A program made the translations under genes and the position numbers. The notes below the pieces were generated by a model. That model ran no database searches. It had not been told where the DNA came from and saw nothing but the letters and a program-made list of their open reading frames with translations. From positions 1 to 64,000 of the forward strand of contig JAUCBJ010002660.1 of NCBI GenBank assembly GCA_032718475.1: a stretch of DNA of 64,000 nucleotides, in the 5' to 3' direction. Below, piece after piece: positions 11,470 to 22,681 of this stretch. The DNA is from Nemertoderma westbladi (Eukaryota > Animalia > Xenacoelomorpha). Every line of letters begins with the position of its first letter. Within the stretch, counting starts at the first letter, position 1.

Positions 11470-14022
11470 TTAGGTAGAGTTAGCTAGACGCGGAATTACA
11501 TCGTCTACCGAACTGCTACTGAGACGATCGTCTACGACTTCACCATCGTCTGTGTCCGTTACCTTACTGTCCACCACCGTGTCCACCACGGTGTCCGCTA
11601 CCTTACTGCTGTCTATTAGCGGACCGTTAGCCAGCTGTACAGCTGGGAAGGTTTCCGGAGTGGAGTTGGGCTGGAGGACAGGAGAATGCGTCGGTACTGG
11701 GTCCGGAGTGGAGTTGGGCTGGAGGACAGGAGAATGCGTCGGTACTGGGTCCGGAGTGGAGTTGGGCTGGAGGACAGGAGAATGCGTCGGTACTGGGTCC
11801 GGAGTGGAGTTGGGCTGGAGGACAGGAGAATGGGTCGGTACTGGGTCCGGAGTGGAGTTGGGCTGGAGGACAGGAGAATGCGTCGGTACTGGGTCCGGAG
11901 TGGAGTTGGGCTGGAGGACAGGAGAATGGGTCGGTACTGGGTCCGGAGTGGAGTTGGGCTGGAGTACAGGAGAATGCGTCGGTACTGGGTCCGGAGTGGA
12001 GTTGGGCTGGAGGACAGGAGAATGCGTCGGTACTGGGTCCGGAGTGGAGTTGGGCTGGAGGACAGGAGAATGCGTCGGTACTGGGTCCGGAGTGGAGTTG
12101 GGCTGGAGGACAGGAGAATGCGTCGGTACTGGGTCCGGAGTGGAGTTGGGCTGGAGGACAGGAGAATGAGTCGGTACTGGGTCCGGAGTGGAGTTGGGCT
12201 GGAGGACAGGAGAATGCGTCGGTACTGGGTCCGGAGTGGAGTTGGGCGGGAGGACAGGAGAATGCGTCGGTATTGGGTCAGAATTGGTTGAATCAAGGCA
12301 AGTTGGTGAATCAGAAGAGTTGGAAGAGGAAGTTGTAGACGACGGCTCAACCGCGGTTGAACTGTCTCCACTTCCGAGATTGTTTGACTCAGACGCCCCT
12401 AGCGGAGACTGCTGAACTGAGGCCTCGTCGACGCCGCTAGGGGAGGTCAACTCGAGGTTGACGCCCCCTATCGGGTAGAGCCCGCCGCCCGGAGGGGGGA
12501 GGGGGAACTCGGGGGAGGTCGGGGAGACCAGGTTGTTAGCTAGCAACGTAGGGCCCCCTACGGGGTGTAGGGGCAGGTTCCCCGGGTCCAACCTCATCTG
12601 ATCTGCGGCCTTCCTCCTGGCCTCCTGCTCGCTAACAATCTCGGTGTTCCGCCGACAGTACAACCCGATCTGTTTGTACAGACTCTCGTACATGTCGCGG
12701 TAACCGGCGAGCGACTCCCTCCGTGTGGTCCGGTCCACGTCGAGTCGCGTCAGCGAGTAGTTGTACTTGTGGGCCAACGACAGGGCCATCAGACCGGCCA
12801 CTTTGAGGCAGTTCTCCCTGAGGTCTATGCGGACCACCTTGTTGTTGTCGGCGAGGTACTCGGCGATGGCGATGGCCCCGAGGTCTGTGATCTTGGTCGC
12901 CACCAGCCCGAGTCTCAGGATGTTCATGTTGCGTAGGAGACTCATTTTGAGGATGAGGACGCCCTCGTTCCCGATGTTGTTGTGTCCGAGGTTTAGCGTC
13001 TCGAGCGTGGCGTTAACCTCCAATGTCTCCGCGAGATGGGCCATCCCGATGTGGGTGACGAGGTTGTTCCACAACACGAGAGTGGCGAGGCCGTGCCCGA
13101 AGCACTGCTCCTTGAGGCCCTCGCTGACGTGGTACAAGCCGACGTCCTGAATGTGGTTGTTACGGAGGTCCAAGAGGATCAGTTTAGTGTTGCATCGCAA
13201 CATGTTGCCGATGTGCAGTGCGTCAGAAGGGATCAGTCGGTTGTCCGCTAAGTATAACTCCGCCAGGGTGAAGTTATTCTTGAGCGCGGCCATTAGGATG
13301 AGGATGTTACGCCCGGATAGATTGCAGTTCTCAAGATGAAGTATCTGCAGATTGGATCCGAGTTTAAGCGCGCGACTCAGCAATGTGGTGGCCTGCTCGG
13401 AAAGCGGGTTGTTTCTCGCGTCTAGTGAGTCCAAACAGTGACATTTCCGCAGCATATTGGAGCAGGCGAGCCACGACCTGGCAAACATACGGGGGTTGCT
13501 TGCGATGTTGAGTTTAATAGTCGTTTCGTAGAATTCTAACATCTCGAACAACGCGATCGCGTTCTCGTCTTCTAAGCCGGAATTATCCATCTCCAAGTAA
13601 TTGAGACGAACGCGACGGAATATTTCCTCCAGAGCCTCCACGCTTTTTACATCGAGTTTCTCCCCTTTGAGACTGAGTCCCGGTATCCGTTTACTGAAGT
13701 CGCTCGTGTGCTCCAACTGGGCGACCACCTTGGCAACCGGTTTCACTTTCCATTCCTCGCAGACCGACTTGTAGGCCGCGGTTACCTCCGCCGCCGACGT
13801 GCATTCCGACGCCGGCCACGCAGACCGCGGGTGAGAGTAACCACTGACGATCGCGTCTGCCTCCGGGAATGTTACCGTTTTCTTTCGTTTACCTCCGGTT
13901 TCCTTGGCTTCCGAAGAAATATTATCACCGGTATTCTCCTCCATTTTGGTTTCCCCTGTTTGGGGTACCGGTACCGGTATTGTTTCGCAAATTATATTAT
14001 TTCCAGCTGTTGCTAAATCCAT
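11470..14022 (-). CDS. PPP1R37: Protein phosphatase 1 regulatory subunit 37-like, RI-type leucine-rich repeat protein (850 aa, single coding exon)
   Basis: An N-terminal RVxF-type PP1-docking motif (KKTVTFP..AIVSG) is followed by tandem RI-like LRRs (LHLENCNL, LYLADNRL, LDLRNNHI, LVLWNNLV, LNLGHNNI, IDLRENCL) and a low-complexity Pro/Ser/Thr tail. The codon composition is GC-rich against AT-rich flanks. Confidence 0.87.
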   Translation of the reverse strand: MDLATAGNNIICETIPVPVPQTGETKMEENTGDNISSEAKETGGKRKKTVTFPEADAIVSGYSHPRSAWPASECTSAAEVTAAYKSVCEEWKVKPVAKVVAQLEHTSDFSKRIPGLSLKGEKLDVKSVEALEEIFRRVRLNYLEMDNSGLEDENAIALFEMLEFYETTIKLNIASNPRMFARSWLACSNMLRKCHCLDSLDARNNPLSEQATTLLSRALKLGSNLQILHLENCNLSGRNILILMAALKNNFTLAELYLADNRLIPSDALHIGNMLRCNTKLILLDLRNNHIQDVGLYHVSEGLKEQCFGHGLATLVLWNNLVTHIGMAHLAETLEVNATLETLNLGHNNIGNEGVLILKMSLLRNMNILRLGLVATKITDLGAIAIAEYLADNNKVVRIDLRENCLKVAGLMALSLAHKYNYSLTRLDVDRTTRRESLAGYRDMYESLYKQIGLYCRRNTEIVSEQEARRKAADQMRLDPGNLPLHPVGGPTLLANNLVSPTSPEFPLPPPGGGLYPIGGVNLELTSPSGVDEASVQQSPLGASESNNLGSGDSSTAVEPSSTTSSSNSSDSPTCLDSTNSDPIPTHSPVLPPNSTPDPVPTHSPVLQPNSTPDPVPTHSPVLQPNSTPDPVPTHSPVLQPNSTPDPVPTHSPVLQPNSTPDPVPTHSPVLQPNSTPDPVPTHSPVLQPNSTPDPVPTHSPVLQPNSTPDPVPTHSPVLQPNSTPDPVPTHSPVLQPNSTPDPVPTHSPVLQPNSTPDPVPTHSPVLQPNSTPDPVPTHSPVLQPNSTPETFPAVQLANGPLIDSSKVADTVVDTVVDSKVTDTDDGEVVDDRLSSSSVDDVIPRLANST
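11654..12275. repeat. Coding 48-bp minisatellite (about 13 copies) encoding PDPVPTHSPVLQPNST repeats
   Basis: Unit tccggagtggagttgggctggaggacaggagaatgcgtcggtactggg, in frame within the PPP1R37-like ORF. Confidence 0.95.
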
Positions 14023-14400
14023 TTAGGATCCTACTTAAATTTATAAAATTATATGATGAGAGCATTTGTAAAATCTGAAAATTGCATATCTTCCATCATC
14101 AATCAAGCAATCAGACTTTCAGAATCTGAACTGAACTAAGCCCTATCAGTATAATTATTTTATTTTTATGTGAATTCCGCATGTACGGCAGTACGGTACG
14201 GTACTAAAGTTTGTAACACAACAGTGAAGTATTTTATTTATTTATTTATCTATTTGTAGGCCTATGTTTACTCTATTGACTGCTTGATGAGGATGCCAAT
14301 GGCAGAATGGCATACCAAATAATATACCATGACCCGTAATATAATGTCATGTTCTGATGACATGGACGTCGAACGTTTAAGCAAGATACTAAATTGTATG

Positions 14401-14988
14401 GTAGCTAGTGTTTTTGTTTTAGGTAGGTTTAGCTAGTAATTTCGACACTGGTTCCGACATCCTACTTCCCTCTATAATTATTTTGTAGTAGCTAGTTCTT
14501 ATTACTATTTGTATAGAAAATGATCCAGAACATGTTACCGTAGCTATTAATTTTTTTAAAAAGTTATGTTCTAGAACAAATATTTTTTGTTCTAGAACAT
14601 TTTTTATAAAAAAATCTGGATTCTATTTAAAACGCATGGAATCATTCTAAAACGTGTTTAAAATCAATAAAAAAATTGTGAAAAAAAAATATTGTAAATA
14701 AAATTTTTTGAAAAAAATTTTGAATTTTTTTTTTGATTTTAAGCACGTTGTAAAACGATTTCATGCGTTTTATAATAGAATCTATATTTTTTTCTAAAAA
14801 ATGTTCTAGAACCAAAAACATTCGTTCTAGAACTGCTTTTTTCTTAAAATGAATAGCTAACATGTTCTGGAACATTTTCTATACAAATAGTAATAAAAAC
14901 TACCTACTACAAAATATTTATAGAGGGAAGTAGGATGTCGGAACCAGTGTTGAAATTACTAGCTAAACCTACCTAAAACACTAGCTAC
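14401..14988. mobile_element. Palindromic MITE / foldback element
   Basis: The left arm gtagctagtg...acactggttccgacatcctacttccctctata is mirrored by tatagagggaagtaggatgtcggaaccagtgt...cactagctac; imperfect inverted repeat over most of its length. Confidence 0.8.
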
Positions 14989-15049
14989 ACCCAGCCACCG
15001 GCTATGAAAAGGGCCCGATTCCCTCAGTTTTCTGGTAGGTGCTAAAATG

Positions 15050-16022
15050 AATAACGATCAACAATGACCAACACCGAGCAACAAATGAGCAACAATGAGC
15101 AACAACGAGTAACAATGACCAACAACGAGCAACAACGAGCAACAGTGAGCAACAATGACAAACATTGAGCAACAACGAGCAACAAAGAGCAACAATGAGC
15201 AACAACGAGCAACAATTACCAACACCGAGCAACAATTGAGCAACAACGAGTAACCATAACCAACAATGAGCTACATCGAGCAAAAATGAGCAACAACGAG
15301 CAACAAAGAGCAACATTGAGTAACAACGAGCAGTAATGAAGTACAACAACGAGCAACAATTAGCAACAACGAGCAACAATGACCAACAACGAGCAGTAAT
15401 GAAGTACAACAACGAGCAATAGTGAGCAACAACGAGCAACAACGAGCAACAGTGAGCAACAACGAGCAACAAAGAGCAACAGTGAGCAACAATGACAAAC
15501 ATTGAGCAACAACGAGCAACAAAGAGCAACAATGAGCAACAACGAGCAACAAAGAGCAACAATGAGCAACAACGAGCAACAATTACCAACACCGAGCAAC
15601 AATTGAGCAACAACGAGTAACCATAACCAACAATGAGCTACATCGAGCAAAAATGAGCAACAACGAGCAACAAAGAGCAACATTGAGTAACAACGAGCAG
15701 TAATGAAGTACAACAACGAGCAACAATTAGCAACAACGAGCAACAATGACCAACAACGAGCAGTAATGAAGTACAACAACGAGCAATAGTGAGCAACAAC
15801 GAGCCACAATGACCAACAATAAACAACAGCGAGAAACAATGAGCAACAAAGAGCAAAAATAAAGTAAAACAACGAGCAACAATGAGCAACAACGAGCAAG
15901 AATGAGCGCAACAACAAGCAATAATGAGCGCAACAACGAGCAACAATGAGCAACAAAGAGCAATAATGAGCAACAACGAGCAAGAAAGAGCAATAATAAA
16001 GTACAACAACGAGCAACAATGA
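15050..16022. repeat. Degenerate ~10-bp (gagcaacaac) simple-repeat array with internal block duplications
   Basis: Recurrent gagcaacaac/gagcaacaat units; the block ending gagctacatcgagcaaaaatgag occurs twice (~15268 and ~15635). Confidence 0.9.
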
Positions 16023-16405
16023 ATGGTTGAATAATTGGTTGCCTGGTAACGTCATCATGGTTACCATTCCATGAATATAAAGTCGATTATTAGTTACATA
16101 TTTGCCCGTAAAATTTTTAGAAATATTCGAGCTTGCTACTGTATAACCATGTGACCAGTTTTCCAAAACCTAGTCCTCCAAAATCAAACTCAGTCTACTT
16201 TGCCTTGTAGTGCAGTCCTTCATTATTTACATGTTCAGTTCACCATCACACTTTAACTAACTAATTCAAAAAACCAATTATATTTCTTGGAATTATTTAC
16301 CAAAGTCGTTGAATCAATTCATTGACTCTTTCTATGGGAACTCCTTTGGGTTGAGCCAGTGGACGTGGGATACCCACAGTGGCATTGCGCTTCAATAAGT
16401 TGACT

Positions 16406-17322
16406 CCACACAGCCACATATCCTTCCCACAGCCACATATCCTCCCCACACAGCCACATATCCTCTCCACACAGCCACATATCCTCCCCACACAGCCACA
16501 TATCCTCCCCACACAGCCACATATCTTCCCCACTGTCACATATCCTCCCCACACAGCCACATATCTTCCCCAGTCACATATCTTCCCCACACAGCCACAT
16601 ATCCTCCCACACAGCCACATATCCTCCCCACACAGCCACATATCTTCCCCACAGTCACATATTTTCCCCACACTGCCACATATCTTCCCCACACAGCCAC
16701 ATATCCTCCCCACACAACCACATCCTCCCCACACAGCCACATATCCTCCCCACACAGCCACATATCTTCCCCACAGTCACATCCTCCCCACACAGCCACA
16801 TATCCTCTCCACACAGCCACATATCCTCCCCACACAGCCACATATCCTCTCCACACAGCCACATATCCTCCCCACACAGCCACATATCCTCCCCACACAG
16901 CCAAATATCTTCCCCACAGTCACATATCCTCCCCACACAGCCACATATCTTCCCCACAGTCACATATCTTCCCCACACAGCCACATATCCTCCCACACAG
17001 CCACATATCCTCCCCACACAGCCACATATCTTCCCCACAGTCACATATCTTCCCCACACTGCCACATATCTTCCCCACACAGCCACATATCCTCCCCACA
17101 CAGCCACATCCTCCCCACACAGCCACATATCCTCCCCACACAGCCACATATCTTCCCCACAGTCACATCCTCCCCATACAGCCACATATCTTCCCCACAG
17201 CCACATATCCTCCCCACACAGCCACAAATCCTCTCTACACAACCACATATCCTCCCCACACAGCCACTATCCTCCCCACAGCCACATATCCTCCACACAG
17301 CCACAAATCCTCCCCACAGCCC
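16406..17322. repeat. ~21-bp minisatellite (cacacagccacatatcctccc) with 19-20 bp variants
   Basis: Tandem units visible directly in the sequence. Confidence 0.93.
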
Positions 17323-18342
17323 ACCGTCACCTGAACTAAAACACGACCTCCGATATCCTCATCCAAGTTGAAGCCGTAAAACGTGTCTTCCAGTTCCATT
17401 GGCTTTGTATATTCCTAATCGACTGAATTGAGATTCTATAGAGTCCGTAATAAGTATAAAATCTTTCCTAGTGTATTTTGCCCACATGTAAATGCGAACA
17501 AACTGAAATTCCCGCCAATATCTAAGCATAAGTAATAGGAAATAACACTATTATATTATAAGCTTTTCTAAGGAAAAACACCCTACCTTTAAAATGTAAG
17601 GTAAACTGAATAAAAGTGTTACTAAGGCAAAATACCCTATGTATGTACCAGATTTTAGATGTAGGGTATATATTGCCTTTAAATGACAGGGCTGAGGATC
17701 AAGCAGAGGGTGTTTTAAACTCGCAAAAAATGACTTTCTTGCATATAAACCATGGTATTTCTTGGTTTCATTTGAAAGATTAAATTAGGATCCTTAAATT
17801 AGGCCGGTCTGTACAATAAAAACAATTGCAAAAATTTTGAGATCTAGGGCATTCTGCGGCAGTATAGACTGTGACTAATTTTCGTCTAGATTGTGTCTAG
17901 CCAGATTTTTACGGTAGATTTTTGTATATTATTTTTGGATTATTTTTCAAAATTACGAGGCTTACTTTGGTCCCTAACGGACCCAAAGCACCCCTCACCC
18001 GGTTTCTCTTTTTCCTCTTCCAAGAGGTATTTCATTGGTGTTACGCTCAGTACATTATTTTTACCAAAAGTAAGACAATAATACCTGGAAAATAGAAATC
18101 ACTGTGTTTTTGAACTATAGTGGAAAGGCTATTAAGTCCGTAAAGTCCAAACCATTCATTGTGTTTGTGTGTTTATGCGTTTCTATGCGTGTGTTTATGC
18201 GAGCTATTTTGAGGCAGTCATTATCACAGAGAAACCAAAACAATAATCGAGTTGTGTTCGCACTTGGAAAACTTTTATAGATATATTTTAAAGCCGTTTA
18301 GGAGCTTGCCGTGTCTTGGGCACGAGACATCGTTTACAAGTA

Positions 18343-19145
18343 CACCATGTCCTGGAATATAGTGTCGTAATTCAGTGACACGCCCCCCCCCCCCCCCCCC
18401 CCCCCTAATTTTTCTACAAATCTTAATGTGATAGCATGAAATTTGAAACAGAGATAGTTTCACCTCCCGACCACTGACTGGGTGAGCCAGAATTATTAAT
18501 TTTGCTTTCAATCTTTAGCTACAAGCGTATGAAAAAGGTGTCTCCGGTGATATTTCACCAGTTACACTCCAGTTATTCTTCAACCTTAGAGTGATTTGTT
18601 GGTACTGAAGGAAAGCTGGCCATGTGAGGATTCCAAATATGTAACATAATCTGAATTTGGTTGGGAAACTAGCCGAGATATGAGCGTTCAAAAGTTGCAT
18701 GGTTTTGCATCTGCATGAGGCTATTTTATTCTATTAAATAAAAATACCATATTCTAGAACATTTTGTTTATTTATGAATAGCTCCGTAATAGTATAATTA
18801 AAGAGGTATTCGAATGCCCATATCTCAGGTGTTTCCCAACCAAATTCAAATATTTTTACATATTTGGAATCCTTGCATGGGCAACTTTCTATTGGCACCA
18901 TCAAATCATTATAATGTTGAAAAATGATGGCACTGTGACCTGTGAAATATCACCGGAGACACCTTTTTCAAATACTTGTAGCTAAAGATAGAAAGCAAAA
19001 ATAAAAATTCTGGCTCACCCACGGAGGAGGAGGGAGGTGAAACTATCTGTTTCAAATTTCAGGCAATCTCATTAAGATTTGTAGAAAATTTTGGGGGGAG
19101 GGGGCCATGTACCTGAATAACGACACTATATTCCAGGACATGGTG
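18343..19145. mobile_element. Tc1/mariner-type MITE with long inverted arms
   Basis: Ends are CACCATGTCCTGGAATATAGTGTCGT and ACGACACTATATTCCAGGACATGGTG, each flanked by TA; inverted similarity continues for more than 300 bp. A short piece of the same terminus recurs at ~23805-23823. Confidence 0.85.
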
Positions 19146-19420
19146 TAGTAAAGGTAGTACGATTGTATTCCATGGCTTAAGATTCGAGGTCGAGGTTGTT
19201 AAAAACATGGAGTGCACAATATAGAATCATTAATTTCAAGTTTCAAATGGGCTACATTCAAGTTATAGCCCACTCGAATAAACGCCCCCTTCCTCTTGTT
19301 TAAAAACAACTAGGAAATAAGCTGCTAATCCTATGTTATGACAATACCTATAATAAGTTTGGTGTATGTAGGCAGCCGATATGTTATTGATTTACGTAAA
19401 GGTATAAAAATAAATCAGTA

Positions 19421-19615
19421 TTGGAGACAGGAGTGGGGGGGGGGGGGGGGCTTAACGCTAATCCCATCTCGGTTAATTAATCAATGTTCAATTATCAATT
19501 AAGAGATAGAAATGAGCAGGTTACAGTGGTATGTTATTCTAACCAAAACAATAAACGAAAGTCAATAGTTATTTTTGAGAGTAATCGGCTGTGATTTGCG
19601 CCGATTTTCCCCTGT
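19421..19615. repeat. Interspersed repeat fragment; a diverged copy lies in the opposite orientation at ~51585-51792
   Basis: gagcaggttacagtggtatgttattctaaccaaaacaataaac here versus gtttattgttttggttaaaataacatgccactgtaacctgctc at 51657-51700. Confidence 0.65.
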
Positions 19616-19998
19616 AATGTGTTGTCTCCAGCTGATATTTAGGTCTCCCCTTAGTAGTCTTGTGTCAGTTATCACGTCTCAACCCCCATCCCCGCGTATA
19701 AAAGTAAAATCGGTATACAATAAATACACAATACATATAATATTTTATCAAAGTTAATAACAAACACAAATTAATTTTAAATAAAATATACTTTATTCCA
19801 AAATGTATCACATTAAACCAATACCATTACAGGTATAATGTGTGTCTACGCGTCTAATCTTAATTAACTGATGACTATGCCAAACAAATAAACATTGTTC
19901 AGTTATTTACTATCCAACCATTCCAAACACAATTAATTCATTATCCTTATGATATTTCCACAACAAGTGCCCTGGTAGTACATGGGCCAAGAATCCCA

Positions 19999-20637
19999 TT
20001 TTGGTAACCACCTGTAACTTATATTTTTGGGAAGACCTATTCAATCTTCTGGCCATTCATTTAGATATGATAACAAATCTGAATCGGAGTTGACTTGGTG
20101 TTATCACCGGTTGTCATGGAAATGCTAAAATAACAAACAGGCTGTAGTAGTCAAGAACTCAATATAAATTCTTCGCGTCTTCTGACAAAGATAGCTACTG
20201 GTCTTACAATTCTAAATGTGTCATAAAATTCTAGAACAATATCATTATTTAAAAACAAGTGCCACATTTTATTTAATATTGTTTTTATTTTTTAAACTTG
20301 TTTTGTTATAACGGTAATATTGATATATATTATAATGATGAAAAAGAAAAATATTTCACACATGGGTATATCTTTGGAACCATATTATATCACCGTTTTT
20401 TGACACATTTTATGACACATTTAGAATTGTAAGACCAGTAGCTATCTTTGTCAGAAGACGCGAATAATTTATATTGAGTTCTTGACTACTACAGCCTGTT
20501 TGTTATTTTAGCATTTCCATGACAACCGGTGATAACACCAAGTCAACTCCGATTCAGATTTGTTATCATATCAAAATGAATGGCCAGAAGATTGAATAGG
20601 TCTTCCCAAAAATATAAGTTACAGGTGATTACCAAAA
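19999..20637. mobile_element. Foldback / MITE with ~230-bp near-perfect inverted arms
   Basis: 19999-20229 is the reverse complement of ~20407-20637 with only a few mismatches, around an AT-rich spacer. Confidence 0.85.
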
Positions 20638-21031
20638 AGTATTCCCTATGCTGGCTGACCTATAGCTAGTTTCCATGGGTGCGGTCTCGTAATGTTACAA
20701 TTTTGGAATAAAATTATATTATCATACTGATTGATTTACCTGTGCTTATCCTCGTATCTTGATTAGTACTCAATCACTATGTTCGTCCATTTAACAAACC
20801 ATCAGCACAATGTAAAGTGTTACTTGATACACAATATTGTTAGTAAGTTTACCTATTTATTACAATAAGAATTAAGAAACATGTATAAAATAATTATAAT
20901 ATAAGAAGAAAAAAACAGGTAATGATTATGGAACTGCATTGCTATTTGCTATTTCATCAGTTTAATTATTAGATGTAGGTAAATCCGGCTTTACTAAGCT
21001 CGTAAAAAACATTTAGTAGATGCAGAAATAA

Positions 21032-21892
21032 TTAAAGCGTCTTAATTCCACCGCAGAAACGTTCGGCAATAGTGTAGACAATTCCATCGGACGGCAATGG
21101 CGACCTAATAAAAGGGGACAACCACACGAGCTGCCAGCGAGAACCAAACATCTCCTCAATATTTAACCTCCAGCCCAAGTTATAAACGCGAATACAGTCG
21201 CGGCGTTCCTTGGCTGTCTGGCCATCCCGTAACTGCGGTAGTTGGATAGCCAACAGATATACGCAGAATAAAATAGTTAGCAGAACGAGGAGATTGGTGA
21301 ATCCGAGCAGGAGGTTACTGCCGGAAGCAAGACCGAACATCCAGGATAACAGAGGTAGAAGCATAGTGAACACAGTGCGAACGGAGAACCCACCCATATC
21401 CCCCCAAACGTAGTCCCAGTGTAGTACACTGGCGTAGATTGCGGCTATCAGCGTGTATATTAATAGCATCATAAAGTATCTGTGATTGTTGAGTCCGATG
21501 CAGCAACCGGAGAATAAACAGTGGTGGTCGCGTCGCACGATGCATACGTTACAGGATATGCAATGGTACGAGCGCGGCGGTCCGTTCTCCTGACAGTAGT
21601 AGCAGTAATGCCATCCAGGTTTCAGTACAAAAGGTAAGGCTAAGTGTTTAGTAGTGACATCAGTCGCGATTACTTTGTAGAAGTTCCCTAGGATGTTGAA
21701 TAAAATGAAACCTGCTGCTCCTATGTGCAGGTACACAATGTACTGGTACTCGCTATTGGGGTAAATTGAGGGCAATACAAATTTGATTTCGAAAAACGCG
21801 ACTGAGAAAACTCCGCATATAAATGTTAAGAACCCAAGTCTATCGCTCACTTGTCGACTCTGCATGAAGAAAAATAAGTTGGTTGATTTCAT
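21032..21892 (-). CDS. ZDHHC24: DHHC palmitoyltransferase, ZDHHC24-like (single coding exon; start at ATG 21892 or 21865)
   Basis: Cys-rich domain WHYCYYC..PPRSYHCISCNVCIVRRDHHCLFSGCCIGLNNHRYF flanked by hydrophobic TM segments; the C-terminal LVWLSPFIRSPLPSDGI resembles ZDHHC24. The paralog assignment is less sure than the family. Confidence 0.88.
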   Translation of the reverse strand: MKSTNLFFFMQSRQVSDRLGFLTFICGVFSVAFFEIKFVLPSIYPNSEYQYIVYLHIGAAGFILFNILGNFYKVIATDVTTKHLALPFVLKPGWHYCYYCQENGPPRSYHCISCNVCIVRRDHHCLFSGCCIGLNNHRYFMMLLIYTLIAAIYASVLHWDYVWGDMGGFSVRTVFTMLLPLLSWMFGLASGSNLLLGFTNLLVLLTILFCVYLLAIQLPQLRDGQTAKERRDCIRVYNLGWRLNIEEMFGSRWQLVWLSPFIRSPLPSDGIVYTIAERFCGGIKTL

Positions 21893-22681
21893 CTCTCTGC
21901 TTCTCAAGCTCTCACCTCACAGTCTGACAGTATCCTATCAGGTTACCGGTAATGCGGTATGCGGTAGGCAGTAGGATAACACAGTAACAGTTTCTAGAGA
22001 TATAGCTGATATGTATGTATGTATGTATGTTTAATATTGACGAACTGAAAACAAAAATAAATACCAAAAGCACAGTTCTGACTAGAGGGTCGTCCAATAG
22101 AAAATATATAATTACAATACAGTAAATAATAATGGCGCCTAGGAACAAAGAAATATACAACATGCAATATAAATATAATATAAATAGGTCTTAATTCAAA
22201 TCACTGCAAATTAATGTCAATGGATTAACGAAAAATAAATATTTACATATACTATGATTCAATGGTAGTAAACTGGCCACTAGTTACGGCATACAGCATA
22301 CAGCACCAGCCAGAATAGAACACGTTCGTTAGGCCTTCGCGCAGCACGAGGCCCAGTTATGAGATACAAATTGAAATTGAGCGACTGTATCACAAAATCA
22401 GTATTTGAGAAATTCACCCACACCACCAATCAATCAAAGAAAGGGGGGCAGGGCAGTACGTACGAAAGGGAAGTAGTTTTTACACGTAAATTACTCAATG
22501 TCGATTTTTTGCAGTAAAATGGTGTCATTTTGACCGTTTTATGTAGTTTATGTAGTCTGATTAGAGAACGGTTTTATGTTTTTATTTTTTATCTCTCAAA
22601 TGTAAATATAATGGCCCCTATAAGTGCCGTGCGCCTAGGTGTTCATTCCCCTCTTCTAATTACTTTTTATTTATAACATAT

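Noticed and set aside
11552-13339. Plus-strand and alternate-frame ORFs overlapping the PPP1R37-like gene
   Set aside because: They are shadow frames of the GC-rich CDS and its 48-bp repeat.
15002-17371. Cys/Leu-rich and His/Pro-rich ORFs resembling metallothionein-like or membrane proteins
   Set aside because: They are overlapping translations of the ~10-bp and ~21-bp simple repeats.
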